Assembly: GCA_965205015.1 (NCBI GenBank) | Contig: OZ242029.1 | Span: 2,944,001-3,008,000 of the forward strand | Direction of reading: 5' to 3' | DNA from: Candidatus Poribacteria bacterium | Lineage (GTDB): Bacteria; Poribacteria; WGA-4E; WGA-3G | Length of the DNA stretch: 64,000 nt | In this document: in pieces, positions 62,564-64,000 of the stretch | Layout of the letters: every line of letters starts with the position of its first letter | Position numbering within the stretch: the first letter of the stretch is position 1 | The notes under the pieces: generated by a model | What the model saw: only the letters and a program-made list of their open reading frames with translations | What the model was told of the DNA's origin: nothing | Databases searched by the model: none | Translations under genes and position numbers: made by a program

Positions 62564-63313
62564 ATGATGTTTAACCACAAGGAAAGATTAAAAGGCGTCA
62601 TCCTCGCAGGTGGGCTCGGCACCCGTTTGTATCCACTCACAAAAGTCATCAGTAAGCATCTCTTGCCTGTAGGTAACGAGCCGATGGTGTTTCATAGCGT
62701 CAAGCAGCTTACGACTGCAGGCATCACCGATATCCTTATCGTGACGAACCCTCAATACGTTGGAGACTTCGTGAGGGCCTTGGGGAGTGGCAGTGATTTT
62801 GGATGTGAACTCACCTATCGAGTGCAAGAGGAAGCCAAAGGCATTGCGCATGCGCTTGCCCTGGCAGAAGGGTTCGCCGGCGCTGGCAAGATCGCCGTTC
62901 TGTTAGGTGACAACATCTTTGAAACCTCAATTCAGCAAGCCGTTAACGACTTCCACGCCCAACAGCAAGGGGCGCGAATCCTGCTCAAACAGGTATCGGA
63001 TCCTGAGCGTTACGGCGTAGCGACGTTGAACGGAAGGCATATCGTTGCGATAGAAGAGAAACCGAAGCATCCGAAAAGCGATTACGCGGTTGTAGGTGGC
63101 TATTTCTATGACGCATCCGTGTTCGACATCATTCGCACGGTTGAACCTTCAGCACGCGGGGAATACGAAATAACCGCTGTCAACAATGCCTATATTCAGC
63201 GCGGAAAACTTGAATACAGTTTTGTCCAGGGAAAATGGATTGACGCAGGGACCTTTGATTCGCTCACTGAAGCACATCAGATCTTGCTGAATTCCTCGGA
63301 TTGGCGGGGTTAA
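62564..63313 (+). CDS. Glucose-1-phosphate thymidylyltransferase-like (short RmlA/SpsI type)
   Basis: ILAGGLGTRLYPLT...SKHLLPV, LGDN, EEKP, SARGEYEIT, WIDAGT. Confidence 0.9.
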   Translation: MMFNHKERLKGVILAGGLGTRLYPLTKVISKHLLPVGNEPMVFHSVKQLTTAGITDILIVTNPQYVGDFVRALGSGSDFGCELTYRVQEEAKGIAHALALAEGFAGAGKIAVLLGDNIFETSIQQAVNDFHAQQQGARILLKQVSDPERYGVATLNGRHIVAIEEKPKHPKSDYAVVGGYFYDASVFDIIRTVEPSARGEYEITAVNNAYIQRGKLEYSFVQGKWIDAGTFDSLTEAHQILLNSSDWRG

Positions 63314-63400
63314 GAATTGTCGGTTAAGAAGTCCTCTGTTTAACGGAAGTCTCTTGTGCCTGAAAACCGATAACTGAAAGCGAAGCGAACTGAAAACTAT
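63308..63400. repeat. Heptamer-flanked palindromic intergenic repeat
   Basis: TTGTCGGTTAAGA left arm; CTGAAAA/CCGATAA/CTGAAAG right arm. Confidence 0.65.
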
Positions 63401-63405
63401 TAAAA

Positions 63406-64000
63406 ATGGCCGAAAAACTGATTCTATCCATCGTGGTCCCCGTTTACAATGAAGAGGAAAACGTTTGTCCGTTGTTTGAAAAAATCCAAGCCGTATGTGA
63501 GACAATCGGAGATTCTTATGAGGTGTTATTTGTAGATGACGGAAGCCACGATAGGACCTTCGCCGTACTTTCAGAACTCAGCAAACGGAAACCGCAGCTG
63601 GTCGTTATTCGATTCCAAAGAAATGCCGGACAAACCGCAGCGATGGCAGCAGGCTTTGAATTCGCACAAGGGCAACGGATCATTAGTATGGACGGTGATT
63701 TACAAAACGATCCAGCCGACATTCCGAAACTGCTTGAGAAATTGGACGAAGGTTACGATTTAGTGTGTGGATGGCGGCAAGAACGACAGGATAAATTTTT
63801 GACGCGGCGTGTTCCATCCATCATTGCGAACTGGATAATTGGCAAGGTGACGGGCGTTCCTATACACGACAACGGTTGCTCACTCAAAGCATACCGAGCC
63901 TCCGTTATCAAAGAGGTCCCGCTCTATGGAGAGATGCACCGATTTATTCCTGCGATGTCTACAATTGCAGGGGCACGTATCGCGGAAATGGTCGTTACAC
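63406..64000 (+). CDS. Glycosyltransferase family 2 (ArnC/DPM1-like), 3'-truncated; absent from ORF track
   Basis: MAEKLILSIVVPVYNEEENV..VDDGSHD..RNAGQTAAM.AG..MDGDLQNDP..VCGWR..HDNGCSLKAYR..YGEMHRFIP. Confidence 0.92.
   Translation, partial: MAEKLILSIVVPVYNEEENVCPLFEKIQAVCETIGDSYEVLFVDDGSHDRTFAVLSELSKRKPQLVVIRFQRNAGQTAAMAAGFEFAQGQRIISMDGDLQNDPADIPKLLEKLDEGYDLVCGWRQERQDKFLTRRVPSIIANWIIGKVTGVPIHDNGCSLKAYRASVIKEVPLYGEMHRFIPAMSTIAGARIAEMVVT

Overview
Bacterial chromosomal window, most likely Candidatus Poribacteria. This is inferred from LamG proteins ending in 'KL(S/A)TTW..(L/I)K', ECF sigma factors with long C-terminal extensions, a FlgD-like 'RAAYWDGRN' tail and heptamer-flanked intergenic repeats. 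Housekeeping genes (polX-PHP, ftsX/ftsE, topA, accD, moeA, mobA, argS, mtnP, gloA, sugar-nucleotide genes) surround three accessory blocks. (1) A metal-acquisition island at 16.5-26.8 kb has two operons, each opened by a duplicated sigma70 promoter and a 119-aa His-rich/CxxCxxC leader ending in the ribosome-arrest motif RAPP. (2) An 18.4-kb array holds three ECF-sigma/beta-propeller fusions interleaved with three ATPase-less ABC-2 permease pairs. (3) There is a ParA-like ATPase + HEPN pair. Features the ORF track misses or truncates include a probable selenocysteine rhodanese (UGA at the catalytic position), a frameshifted class-III aminotransferase, an IS4-like element with 21-bp TIRs and a 10-bp TSD, in-frame repeat insertions in the TonB receptor and mobA, nested MITE/REP/21-nt micro-elements, and three apparent pseudo-enzymes (PolX, FtsE, AAA). 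No rRNA, tRNA or CRISPR array was found. All calls come from reading the sequence; no database search was run.
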